A stretch of DNA of 64,000 nucleotides from Candidatus Beckwithbacteria bacterium CG10_big_fil_rev_8_21_14_0_10_34_10 (GCA_002773945.1 PEZT01000001.1:1131-65130), one strand, 5' to 3'. Counted from the first letter of the stretch, positions 10,204 to 19,811 are shown. Made by a program: numbers and translations. Notes: generated by a model not told the origin, from the letters alone.

Positions 10204-11075
10204 AAAATCTAGACTTTAAGCCCAATGACTTGGTTTTAGAGATCGGCAGTGGCCATAACCCTCACCCAAGAAGTAATATTCTAGTGGATAGGTATTTAAC
10301 TAAAGTAGATGAAAGGTCAGGTTTTAAGATTAAGAATGATCGACCCTTAGTTATTGCCTCAGGAGAAAAACTCCCCTTTTTAGATAATTCCTTTGACTAT
10401 ATTATTGCTAATCAAGTAATAGAGCATGTTGAGAATCCTCGTTTATTTTGCCAAGAGCTTTCTCGAGTAGGAAAAAGGGGGTTAATAATTTGCCCACATG
10501 CTGTTAGAGAGGAGATTTTTGGCTGGCAACATCATTTGTGGTGGATTTTTAGTGAAAAAAATACTTTGAATTTTTATTCTAAACTAACAAAAGATAAAAA
10601 AAGAAGCTTTTTCCACAAGCTTTATCAGAATAAAACATTTTTCCGTCAATTTTGTAATAGACAGGAGAATAAACTTAATATTTATTTACATTGGAAGAAA
10701 AAGATCAAAATAAAAGTTCATTTAGCCCCAGACAAAACCCTAATGAAAAAAGTTCGGAAAGAAGCCTCTTTGTTATTGGATAAGATGAATTACAGCTCAA
10801 TAAATAGCTTTGCTTTCTATTTTAAAGAAATTTTAATAAGATTAGCTCTAAAAGCCAGGAAAACTGGTAAAAGTATTAGTTGGATTATTAAAAAAGCTTT
10901 TAATCCTAATATAAGCCTAGACTTACTTATAAAAATAATAGTTTGTCCTAATTGTAGAAAAAAGCTTAGATTAAGTTCAAAAGGAGTGTTTTGCCAGTCA
11001 TGCAATATTAAATACCCCTTAATTGATAATGTTCCTATTCTTTTAGACAAAGAAGAAATGAAAAAAGGATATTAA
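10200..11075 (+). CDS. Class I SAM methyltransferase with C-terminal Trm112-like zinc domain
   Basis: VLEIGSG, LPFLDNSFDYI, QVIEHV; C-terminal CPNC..CQSC..YPLIDNVPILL. Confidence 0.8.
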   Translation: MKNLDFKPNDLVLEIGSGHNPHPRSNILVDRYLTKVDERSGFKIKNDRPLVIASGEKLPFLDNSFDYIIANQVIEHVENPRLFCQELSRVGKRGLIICPHAVREEIFGWQHHLWWIFSEKNTLNFYSKLTKDKKRSFFHKLYQNKTFFRQFCNRQENKLNIYLHWKKKIKIKVHLAPDKTLMKKVRKEASLLLDKMNYSSINSFAFYFKEILIRLALKARKTGKSISWIIKKAFNPNISLDLLIKIIVCPNCRKKLRLSSKGVFCQSCNIKYPLIDNVPILLDKEEMKKGY

Positions 11076-11929
11076 TGAAACTAGCCATAATTATTGTAAA
11101 CTTTAATTCTTATCCCTATATTTTAGATTGCTTGCTGTCTTTAAAAAAAGCAGACAAAAGAGGAGTAAAGTGTAAAATAATTCTGGTTGATAACAATTCC
11201 AAAGATGAATCCGTTAAGGCCATTAGCAAAAACTTTCCTCAAGTAGACATTATTAAAAATAGGAAGAATCTTGGTTTTGCTAAAGCAAATAACGTTGCTA
11301 TTAAAAAAGCATTAAAAGAAAAATTTGATTATATTTTCCTTTTAAATCCTGATACAAAGGTAGAAGAAAACTTCCTTGAACCCTTAATTCAATTAATTAA
11401 ATCAAATAGAAAAATAGGAATAGTATCGCCAGCTTTAAAAGAAAAAAGAAACGGGAAGACTATTTATACTCTGGGTGCTAAATTTAATCGAGTTCTAGGC
11501 AAGACTGAACATCTTTACCTTAAAGAAAATTCTATTAATTCTTTAAAACCACAGGAAGAAGAACTTGTTTCCGGCTGTGCGATGTTAGTAAAAACTAGTG
11601 TTTTTAAGAAAATTGGGCTGTTTGATGAAAAGTTTTTTTTATATTTTGAAGACACTGATTTTTGTCTAAGAGCTTTTAAAATAGGCTTTAAAATATATTC
11701 AGTCCCTCAGTCAGTTGTTTTTCATCAGCCCAGTACCAGTCTGGGAGAGATAAGTTTTAAAAAAGCATGGCATATTTTTATTTCTAACGCTTTTTTTACA
11801 ATAAAATGGGTGAAACCTTATTTTTGGCCTTTAAGCTTCACTTTTCAACTTCCTTTATTTATTAAAATGAATTTTAATTCAGTTGTTTCTAACCTTAATT
11901 CTTTTAGAAAAAGACGGAAAAAGATATAA
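11075..11929 (+). CDS. Glycosyltransferase family 2 (rhamnosyltransferase-like)
   Basis: IIIVNFN, VDNNSKD, NLGFAKANN, LLNPD, FFLYFEDTD. Confidence 0.9.
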   Translation: MKLAIIIVNFNSYPYILDCLLSLKKADKRGVKCKIILVDNNSKDESVKAISKNFPQVDIIKNRKNLGFAKANNVAIKKALKEKFDYIFLLNPDTKVEENFLEPLIQLIKSNRKIGIVSPALKEKRNGKTIYTLGAKFNRVLGKTEHLYLKENSINSLKPQEEELVSGCAMLVKTSVFKKIGLFDEKFFLYFEDTDFCLRAFKIGFKIYSVPQSVVFHQPSTSLGEISFKKAWHIFISNAFFTIKWVKPYFWPLSFTFQLPLFIKMNFNSVVSNLNSFRKRRKKI

Positions 11930-11936
11930 TAAAAAC

Positions 11937-12734
11937 ATGAAGACTGCTGTAGTTTTAGCCAAAAATGAGGAAAAAAGCATTAAGACTTGTCTTTTAAGCC
12001 TTAAAGGCTTTGAGGAAATTATTGTTATTGATGATAATTCATCTGATAAAACAAGAGAAATAGCCAAAAAGCTAGGTGTCAGAGTATATAAGCGAAAGCT
12101 TAACAATGATTTTTCCAATCAGCGGAACTTTGGCTTAAAAAAAGCGAAAGGAGATTGGATATTTTTTTTGGATGCGGATGAAAAAATAGATAATAAACTT
12201 AAGAGAGAAATATTTAAAGCCATTAGAGATCCTCAGACTAATTCTGGCTTTAGTTTTAAAAGAAAAGATACCTTTTTAGGCAAAGAGCTAAAATTTGGAG
12301 AAACAGCTTCTTTAAGACTGACAAGGTTGGGTAAAAAAAATTCCGGCTTTTGGACAGGTAAAGTTCATGAAGTATGGAAAGTTAAGGGGAAAATAGGAAA
12401 ACTTTATAATCCGATTATTCACCAGCGCCATATTGGAGTAAGCGGTTTTATTAAAAGAATTAACTTTTATTCTTCTCTTAGGGCCAGAGAACTATATGAA
12501 AAAGGAGTAAAGACCAATGCCTTTTTAATTATTATTTATCCTTTAGCCAAGTTTTTCTTAAACTTTTTTGTAAAACTGGGAATTTTGGATGGCAAGCAAG
12601 GCTTTATTATGGCTACCTTGATGAGTGCTCATTCTTTTTTAGTTAGAAGTAAGCTCTATCTTTTATGGAAAAATAAAGGAGTTGAAGATCCACCCATTCC
12701 ACCTTTAAAAAAACTATACAAACAATATGGTTAA
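11937..12734 (+). CDS. Glycosyltransferase family 2
   Basis: VLAKNEE, IDDNSSDKT, DFSNQRN, FLDADE, VHE; start moved to ATG 11937. Confidence 0.9.
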   Translation: MKTAVVLAKNEEKSIKTCLLSLKGFEEIIVIDDNSSDKTREIAKKLGVRVYKRKLNNDFSNQRNFGLKKAKGDWIFFLDADEKIDNKLKREIFKAIRDPQTNSGFSFKRKDTFLGKELKFGETASLRLTRLGKKNSGFWTGKVHEVWKVKGKIGKLYNPIIHQRHIGVSGFIKRINFYSSLRARELYEKGVKTNAFLIIIYPLAKFFLNFFVKLGILDGKQGFIMATLMSAHSFLVRSKLYLLWKNKGVEDPPIPPLKKLYKQYG

Positions 12735-13911
12735 GTTTATTCTTTTAGCCTTGCTTTTAATTTTTCCCCTGGGACAGCTTAGTCGTCTTCCGTTTAGTGG
12801 GGGAGAAGTAAGAATATATTTTCATGACTTGCTAGTATTAGTTTTAATTTTATTCTTTTTAGGGAAAAAATTAATTAAAAAAGAAAAAATAAAACTGCCT
12901 CGTTTTGGGCAGGAAATTATGTGTTTTGGTTTAGTGGCCTTATTTAGTCTTTTAGTTTCCTTTAGTACAAGAAAAATTAGTGAGATTAAAATAGGCTTTC
13001 TTTATTTACTTCGCTGGGCCAGTTATCCAATTGTTTATTTGGCCCTAAGTGATGTTTTGAATAAGGATAAGACTAATAAATTAAAAAACAGACTAAATAA
13101 TCTTTTAATTCTTATTGGGACAACTTCAGCGATATTAGGCCTTTTACAATACATATTTTTCCCCGATATTAGATCATTAATGGTTTTAGGCTGGGATCGT
13201 CATTATTACCGAGTGGTAGGAACTTTATTAGACCCGGCTTTTTCAGCCATGATTTATGTTTTAAGTTTAATTTTAGTGATTAAAAAACTTTGGCTTGATA
13301 ATGTTACTAAGGGAAAATTAATATATTTTACTAGTTTTATTCTTCTCTATTTAAGTTTAGCCCTAAGTTATAGTAGAAGTGCTTATTTTTCTTTTTTACT
13401 AAGCATTACAATCTTTGCGTTTTTTAAAAAATCAGCTAAATTCTTCCTAAGCTTTTTATTTTTGGGAATAATAACCATTTTTCTTCTTCCTCGGCCCGGA
13501 GGCGAAGGAGTTAGGCTTGAAAGACAAAGTACTATTAAAGCCAGGATTATTAATTGGAGCCAGACAATTCAGATTTCCGCTAAATACCCTTTGTTTGGAA
13601 CGGGTTTCAATAACTACCGCTATGCTCAAAAAGAATTTGGATTTTTAAACAAGCAAAATTGGAGAGAAACTAATGCCGGAGCCGGAGCAGATTCGTCTCT
13701 CCTTTTTGTTCTGGCAACGACCGGAATAGTAGGATTGACAATTTACCTTAATTTTTTAATGAAGCTTTTTAAGTATTCTAAAAAAAATTCCCTTATCCTT
13801 TTGGTAAGTTTAGTCTCTGTTTTAGCAAACTCTTTTTTTAATAATACTCTTTTTTATCCCTGGGTGATGATTTGGCTTTGGATATTACTGGCTTTAGAGC
13901 AGAAGGGCTAA
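12727..13911 (+). CDS. O-antigen ligase / O-oligosaccharyltransferase family membrane protein
   Basis: Multi-TM; RVVGTLLDP, LSYSRSA, R..NW, PLFGTGFN, LATTGIVG. Confidence 0.8.
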   Translation: MVKFILLALLLIFPLGQLSRLPFSGGEVRIYFHDLLVLVLILFFLGKKLIKKEKIKLPRFGQEIMCFGLVALFSLLVSFSTRKISEIKIGFLYLLRWASYPIVYLALSDVLNKDKTNKLKNRLNNLLILIGTTSAILGLLQYIFFPDIRSLMVLGWDRHYYRVVGTLLDPAFSAMIYVLSLILVIKKLWLDNVTKGKLIYFTSFILLYLSLALSYSRSAYFSFLLSITIFAFFKKSAKFFLSFLFLGIITIFLLPRPGGEGVRLERQSTIKARIINWSQTIQISAKYPLFGTGFNNYRYAQKEFGFLNKQNWRETNAGAGADSSLLFVLATTGIVGLTIYLNFLMKLFKYSKKNSLILLVSLVSVLANSFFNNTLFYPWVMIWLWILLALEQKG

Positions 13912-14052
13912 AATAAATAAAATAAACAGTTTCCTTCTACAGCCGGGAGTATTGTTCTTTTGCTCAAATTGCTGTTTTTCTACCCATCAAGGTTAAAGCT
14001 TTTATGAAATATTAGTGTTATCATATAATTATAAGATATATTAGCTGTAATT

Positions 14053-15222
14053 ATGATAAACAAAACAACAAGACTTCATCTTACAATAATATTCTTTATC
14101 AGTATTTTATCTTCTTTTATATTATCTTTAGGATTTTACCTTTTTGCACCCAAAACTTTAGAAACTCATTTTCCGCATGGTTCAAATGAAGTTTTGGAAA
14201 GAAATTATGATGGACCTATATATGTAGTTTTATCTGAAGCTTTATATGACCAAAAAAAATTAGAATCAATTGGTTTTAACAAACTTAATCCAAGTTATTA
14301 TGCTAATCATTTTCCATTGTTGCCAATATTAATTAGACTGGGTCATGAAATAACTGGCCTAAATAGCTATCTAATCCTAATTATTATTTCCTGGTTTAGC
14401 GCCGGTTTATCAGCTTGTGTTTTTTATCTGTTAGTTAAAAAAAGGAGATTTAGTAAACAACCTTTTCTTCTGTCATTTCTGTATCTATTTTTACCTCCAA
14501 GATGGCTAGCGGTACGTTCTGTAGGTGGAACAGAAGGATTATTTAATCTTTTAGTTTTGCTTAGTTTATATTTTTGGTATGAAAAAAAATATCTTCTTGT
14601 ATCATTTTTATTAATTCTAATAGTCTTAACCAGGCCACCGGGAATTATAATTTTTTTAAGCTTTACATTAATTTCTTTGTATCAGTGGCATAAAAGCACT
14701 GATAAGATAAGTTTTTTTAGGAAACTAGTAAAAGAAAGATGGAGTTTGATAACTGCACCCCTGGCTTTAGCAGGTTTATTTTATTTTTTTAAAATTAAGT
14801 TTGGTAGTTTTTGGGCATACTTTCAAACGGGGACTGGGACTAATATTCACCTAAGATTAATTCCTTTTGCCACGGTGCTTGATTATAATACGCCAATGGC
14901 TGAAGGCTTTTTGTTTCTTTTAGCAATTTTTTCAATCGGTATTTATCTATTATGGAAGCAAAACCTGAAAACACTAGCAATCTTTTCCCTGCCTTATCTT
15001 ATTTTTCAGTTTTTTATGACTGTAGATGATATTTATCGGTATATAATTCTCATCGCCCCTTTTTGTCTTATAATAGGATATCAAAAACTAACTCAATATA
15101 AAGTCTTTAAATACTTTTTTATATTATTTTTAATTGGAACTTACATTTATACATTTAGCTTGCTACCCAGAAGAATGTTTCACTATTGGGACTATGCAGT
15201 TTTACGATTATTGACAAACTAA
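14053..15222 (+). CDS. GT-C fold membrane glycosyltransferase (PIG-V/mannosyltransferase-like)
   Basis: Multi-TM; YDGPIY, HFPLLP, TEGLF, LTRPPG. Confidence 0.65.
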   Translation: MINKTTRLHLTIIFFISILSSFILSLGFYLFAPKTLETHFPHGSNEVLERNYDGPIYVVLSEALYDQKKLESIGFNKLNPSYYANHFPLLPILIRLGHEITGLNSYLILIIISWFSAGLSACVFYLLVKKRRFSKQPFLLSFLYLFLPPRWLAVRSVGGTEGLFNLLVLLSLYFWYEKKYLLVSFLLILIVLTRPPGIIIFLSFTLISLYQWHKSTDKISFFRKLVKERWSLITAPLALAGLFYFFKIKFGSFWAYFQTGTGTNIHLRLIPFATVLDYNTPMAEGFLFLLAIFSIGIYLLWKQNLKTLAIFSLPYLIFQFFMTVDDIYRYIILIAPFCLIIGYQKLTQYKVFKYFFILFLIGTYIYTFSLLPRRMFHYWDYAVLRLLTN

Positions 15223-15391
15223 AAATAGTTAACAAGTTTAGGAAGTGATCCAAATAAAATCTTTATCTTTACTTCAGATAGAATATTATAAATACAGAGT
15301 AAGTTGTTTAAGGTTTGTTTATTCTCACAAACGGGGAGTATTTTCAATCCAAGCTAGTTATTTTTGATTGATAAAAAAGTATATTTTAAAT

Positions 15392-15888
15392 AGTTTGGAT
15401 AAAGTATTGTACGAGTTATTTTACAGGAATATGATCTTTTGCTGTCCACCCAGGTTTAGAGTATATTTCTAGCCAGCATTCATCGTTGCTTTCTGCCCAA
15501 TGTACTTTTTTTGGAGGGACTCTATATTTGTCTCCAGCTTTAAGCATAATAGTTTTATTTTCTAAGTAAAGTTTAAGCGTTCCAGATAAAATTGTGTAAT
15601 CTTGGGTCATTCTTAAGTGTTTATGTGGCTTGCTTGATATTATAACTTCAACTGCACGATCATACTCTGGATGGTCTTTTGTTGGTTCAACTTCACACAC
15701 AAAGTGCTTTTCCCTCCCGTCAAGATCAAAAGCTTTAGCCTTAGGGTATTTAGTTTTCAGCTGCTTAATAATGCGCTCTGAACACTGTTGAGAGGTTTCT
15801 TTTTTCATTTGATTTAGTATAACATAGATTATTAATAGTGAATTAAGGGGTGGTGTAAATAGTTCGGATAATATCCCATATGATGATG
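15392..15888. repeat. Three degenerate dif/pdif-like 28-bp sites (15392-15419, inverted 15817-15844, 15861-15888)
   Basis: 16-bp direct repeat TAAATAGTT(T/C)GGATAA at 15387 and 15856; 11-6-11 layout resembling XerC/XerD arms. Confidence 0.45.
15416..15808 (-). CDS. Cupin domain protein
   Basis: PHKHLRMTQDYTILSG and GDKYRVPPKKVHW cupin motifs. Confidence 0.8.
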   Translation of the reverse strand: MKKETSQQCSERIIKQLKTKYPKAKAFDLDGREKHFVCEVEPTKDHPEYDRAVEVIISSKPHKHLRMTQDYTILSGTLKLYLENKTIMLKAGDKYRVPPKKVHWAESNDECWLEIYSKPGWTAKDHIPVK

Positions 15889-15894
15889 ATGATA

Positions 15895-16635
15895 TTAAGG
15901 AGTATAGTTAACTTTTATTTCTTCAACTGATTGATTTCCAGCGGGATCAGTAGCTTTAACCTTAATTGTATTTTCACCTTCTTTTAATTCCAGTCTTAAG
16001 GAAAAAGAGCCACTACTGTCACTGACAACCATTCTTTCATTAATAAGAATATCAGTGTCTTCATTAATTTTACCTTCAACCATAATTTCCTTGTCTTTAT
16101 CAAAGAAACTGTCTCCGTTTTGAGGAGAAGAAATTATTATTCCCGGACTCTGGGTATCTAAAACAACATTTATTTCTTTAGAATAATCACTTTCATTGTC
16201 TTCTTTATCAATGGCTTTAGCCTTAAATCTATTTTTACCTTCTTTTAAACTTATAGAGTGAAGGACAAATTCTCCCTTAGAATTAACCTCAACATTTCCA
16301 GCCAAAGACCCATTTAAACTAATTTCCACTGTTGTATCAGGCTCAGCAAAACCAGCTAATGAAAAGCTAGCGCTATTAGTAGCTTCAACTACTGTTTGAA
16401 AACGGGGAGAAGCAGGGGCAAGAGTATCTTTCTTTTCTAATCCAGTTCCTTCCTTTTTATCACCTACATAAACCAACATTTTAGTTAAAAGAGGAAGACC
16501 AACTGTAAAAGCAAAGAAAATTAAAACCAAGGTTAAAAAACCGAAGAAAACTGCCTGGCGCAGATTTCTTTTTTCTTCAATCTTGCTAAGACGGCTACCT
16601 CTCCTTCTATATCTGCTTTTGTATTTTTTGACCAT
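15895..16635 (-). CDS. Membrane-anchored protein with two bacterial Ig-like domains
   Basis: N-terminal TM; repeated L.EG.N...A.D..GN.S Ig-type strands. Confidence 0.75.
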   Translation of the reverse strand: MVKKYKSRYRRRGSRLSKIEEKRNLRQAVFFGFLTLVLIFFAFTVGLPLLTKMLVYVGDKKEGTGLEKKDTLAPASPRFQTVVEATNSASFSLAGFAEPDTTVEISLNGSLAGNVEVNSKGEFVLHSISLKEGKNRFKAKAIDKEDNESDYSKEINVVLDTQSPGIIISSPQNGDSFFDKDKEIMVEGKINEDTDILINERMVVSDSSGSFSLRLELKEGENTIKVKATDPAGNQSVEEIKVNYTP

Positions 16636-16686
16636 ATACCTATTTTATCCTATTCATTTTCCATAATCTATTTTAGTAAAAATCAG

Positions 16687-16759
16687 AGCCTGCGGTCGGA
16701 GTTGAACCGACGACCTGCGGTTTACGATACCGCTGCTCTACCAACTGAGCTACACAGGC
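16687..16759 (-). tRNA. tRNA-Thr(CGT)
   Basis: Minus-strand cloverleaf; anticodon arm GCGGT-ATCGTAA-ACCGC. Confidence 0.93.
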
Positions 16760-16848
16760 ATTTTGTCATTTTAAAACTACTCCTATTTTACCAAACTTTT
16801 CCCTTGAGTAGAAATGGAAACTAAGGTATGATTTTAAAAGGACGTAAA

Positions 16849-17256
16849 ATGAAGAAAATTACTTTTCCATTAATATCATTAATTTTACTAACTTTTATAC
16901 TAACTGGTTGTTTACCAAAATCTCAAAACAAAGAGAAGAAAACAACCCCAGAATCAACTATAAAGACAGATGAACAACTTATTAGGGAAGCGTTAGCTAA
17001 GAAAAGTAATATCCCCTTAAAAGACTTTAAAGAAGTAGAAATAGTAATAGAGGAGAATGATAATCAGTTTGCCAGTGGAACTGCCGGTACTGCTGGAGGA
17101 GGGCATTGGTTTGCGGCTAAAGTAAATTCAGAATGGGAAATAGCTTGGTCAGGCCAAGGTTTTATTCCCTGTGAAGACATTGAACCATATAATTTTCCCA
17201 AGACAATGATTAGCCAATGTTATGATGCCAAGACAGACGACTTTATTAAGCGTTAA
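16849..17256 (+). CDS. Putative lipoprotein, unknown function
   Basis: MKK + hydrophobic stretch + LTGC lipobox; AAGGA upstream of ATG 16849. Confidence 0.7.
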   Translation: MKKITFPLISLILLTFILTGCLPKSQNKEKKTTPESTIKTDEQLIREALAKKSNIPLKDFKEVEIVIEENDNQFASGTAGTAGGGHWFAAKVNSEWEIAWSGQGFIPCEDIEPYNFPKTMISQCYDAKTDDFIKR

Positions 17257-17278
17257 GAAGACTAATTAATTATCCAAT

Positions 17279-17968
17279 TCAAAGATTATATTTTTTCCCA
17301 AAGCACCCCTCAGATTTCACAAAACCAGCTTTCTGAGCCTCTTTTTCAGAGCAGAACCACTGATCTCCATTAAACTTTTCTATAATAGCTGGTACATAAG
17401 CAGTACATCCGGGAAAATGATAGAACTTTGTTTTAGTATTCCTATTTATATTTCCCTTAATATTGCATTTAGGATTATCAAGATTTTCTTTCTGATAACA
17501 TTCAGGTCCGAAAATGCCCAATTTTTCTTCTTTAGCTTTTTTTTGCAGTTTTTTAAATTCTTCAGACTCAGGAATTTTTCTGGCTCCATATACTCCCCAA
17601 CCCTCAGCGATTAAAGTCCTGTTGACTAATTCACCACCCGTATATAACATAACTAAACTTCTTTCATATACATCAGTTGAAACTCTTTCAATACTTACCT
17701 TTTCGTTTTTAATCAATTCTTCAAGTCTTTTTTTGGCTTCCTCACCTCCGCAAAGCTCCAGCTCAGGAGCATTTACATTTAAAAGTCTCATTTTTTCGCC
17801 ATCACTAGTGACAAATGTGTCACCATCAAGAACATCAGTTACCAAAACCATATTTTTTTCTCTTTCCCCTTGGTACTTTTGGAATATGAAGAGATTTAAA
17901 ATTAAAGAAGGAACTAAAAGAAGAAAGCCTAGATATTTAATAATATTTTTATTGAAATTTTTTGCCAT
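17279..17968 (-). CDS. Membrane-anchored thermonuclease (SNase-like) with C-terminal Cys-rich Ada-like domain
   Basis: VLDGDTF, RLLNVNAPE, DVYER, A..EKLGIF; CNIKGNI..YHFPGC..WFCSEKEA. Confidence 0.85.
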   Translation of the reverse strand: MAKNFNKNIIKYLGFLLLVPSLILNLFIFQKYQGEREKNMVLVTDVLDGDTFVTSDGEKMRLLNVNAPELELCGGEEAKKRLEELIKNEKVSIERVSTDVYERSLVMLYTGGELVNRTLIAEGWGVYGARKIPESEEFKKLQKKAKEEKLGIFGPECYQKENLDNPKCNIKGNINRNTKTKFYHFPGCTAYVPAIIEKFNGDQWFCSEKEAQKAGFVKSEGCFGKKYNL

Positions 17969-18380
17969 AAGTTACTTCTATTTTCATTTAACCATACATT
18001 TATTCTTTTTATCAATAAAGGAGTTATAGAAAACTCAGCAAGTAAAATATTTAGAAGATTAGGATTATTGAGTAAATCATCTAAAAAAAAGAGCACGTTC
18101 GATTCTCTTTGTCGGTATTCTTCATTTCAGGCAAGGGAAAAATTATCAAGATATATGGCAAGAACTTAAAAAAAGTACGTTATCTTAAGAAAAAACAAAA
18201 AAACATTCAAACCAGTCTGCTTATGAGCTGGATACCGTACCGGGCTCGAACCCTTCGATTTCACTCAGGACAAGCCTATCAAAGTATATCACACCAGAGT
18301 TGGGTTTACAGCTTTTGGCCTTAAAAGAACACCTTGGCATATCCGGCTTAGCATTTGTATAGGAAAAAATAATACAACTA

Positions 18381-18968
18381 TCAACCTTCAATAAACCTTG
18401 GTAACTCTATTCTGGTTCCGGGAATGGTCACTTGATCTCTCTTGTTAACAAGAGAGTCGGCAACAAAGACATCCTTATTGTGTGCTACTTGTTCCAATCT
18501 CAATCTCCCGTCAGCAACTTCAAGCCAATAGGCCTCGAAAGGTGTGCCTGCATTTCCAACTTGAAATCTCACTGCTCCTTTGCGTCCATCTGCTGATGTG
18601 TATGAACCGTGAATTTCCATAAAATGCTCACTTGAATGCACGAGTCGCCATTGGCCATTACTATCTACAACATAGCGAGGCTGGTCATCAACGGTGGTGC
18701 CTTTTATATCAATGTCTAGTTTAATTCCATTTACGGTACCTTCAATGTGGCCGTTGTGGTCATGAATTCCTTCGTCTACCCCCGACCAACTAAAAGTACT
18801 CAATTCTCTTTGTGCTTGCGGTTTTTCAGAAGTTAGAGCAATCAAAATTGCATGCCTTACTTTTTCAAACCGTGGCCACAATTCAGCGGTCTCTACGCTG
18901 GTCAAAAGATCATCGCTTTGGCTAGATAGCTGACCCAAACGTCTTTCAATTTCTCTGGTTCTACTCAT
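18381..18968 (-). CDS. Hypothetical protein, visibly more GC-rich than flanks
   Basis: 195-aa ORF with AAGGA upstream; no family recognised. Confidence 0.6.
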   Translation of the reverse strand: MSRTREIERRLGQLSSQSDDLLTSVETAELWPRFEKVRHAILIALTSEKPQAQRELSTFSWSGVDEGIHDHNGHIEGTVNGIKLDIDIKGTTVDDQPRYVVDSNGQWRLVHSSEHFMEIHGSYTSADGRKGAVRFQVGNAGTPFEAYWLEVADGRLRLEQVAHNKDVFVADSLVNKRDQVTIPGTRIELPRFIEG

Positions 18969-19040
18969 ACTGTAATTGTATTTCCTTTGTTAATTTCTAA
19001 TTACTTTATGTACGTTTCTGTTTATTTCTGTCCGTTTATG

Positions 19041-19112
19041 AGCGGGTGATGGGATTCGCACCCACGACCTTCTGCTTGGGAAGCAGACGCTCTACTACTG
19101 AACTACACCCGC
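19041..19112 (-). tRNA. tRNA-Gly(CCC)
   Basis: Acceptor GCGGGTG/CACCCGC; anticodon arm TCTGC-TTCCCAA-GCAGA; T loop TGCGAAT. Confidence 0.92.
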
Positions 19113-19152
19113 AAATTATTAATTTAATATTTTAATAATAACAAAAAGGCTG

Positions 19153-19764
19153 TTATCTTGGTAGTTTTAGTTCTTGCCCAATTTCTAAGATATCAGGATT
19201 AACAAGGTTATTAACTTTAGCAATTTCCGGCCATTTATAGCCATCCTGGTAAGCTTTAATAGCAATCTCCCAGAGAAAATCACCCTGTTTAACAATATAT
19301 GTGTCTCCTGTAATTGTCTGGCTATTTTCTCCTGGTACCGGACTAATTGTTTCTGTGTTTGCTAAAATCTTTTCATCTATAACCTGAACTTCCGGTATTT
19401 CTAATTCCTGGCCTGCTTCCAGATGATTAGGATCATAAAGATTATTCTTTTTAGCAATATCTGTCCAGTTATATCCAGTTTTATAGACCTTTTCACTAAT
19501 TTTCCAAAGAGAATCACCTTCCTGAACAATATATTTATTCTTGTCTGTTCCTAAAACCAACTGTTGACCCTCAGCTTCTTTTAAACTAAGTTCTTGAACT
19601 TCTTCTAAAAGGGCTTGCTGGCCATTTTCTTGTTTAACACCAGTCTTAAAATAGTTAAAAATTAAGGCACCAACAGTAATAATTACCAATGCGCCTAAAA
19701 TGGTACTTATTGTGGGTTCATTAAGCTTAGCTTTTTTAAATAATGCTTTTAAATATTTTTCCAT
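19153..19764 (-). CDS. Membrane-anchored double LysM protein
   Basis: TM then two YIV..GD.LW.I....Y..G..W..IA..N.L..P..LE.GQEL repeats. Confidence 0.9.
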   Translation of the reverse strand: MEKYLKALFKKAKLNEPTISTILGALVIITVGALIFNYFKTGVKQENGQQALLEEVQELSLKEAEGQQLVLGTDKNKYIVQEGDSLWKISEKVYKTGYNWTDIAKKNNLYDPNHLEAGQELEIPEVQVIDEKILANTETISPVPGENSQTITGDTYIVKQGDFLWEIAIKAYQDGYKWPEIAKVNNLVNPDILEIGQELKLPR

Positions 19765-19811
19765 ATTGAAGTTTTTATAAAGGAATCAAACCTCCTTTCT
19801 GGGCAGAAATG

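Noticed and set aside
15880-15893. (TGA)n microsatellite
   Set aside because: Only four units, intergenic, with no evidence of phase variation.
17514-18029. 171-aa plus-strand ORF, and similar shadows such as 56868-57221, 37898-38311 and 30724-31083
   Set aside because: Antisense to well-supported genes, Ser/Phe-rich, with no motifs.
18109-18324. 71-aa ORF
   Set aside because: No RBS or motif, and it runs through the tRNA-like/REP-like fragment; treated as debris.
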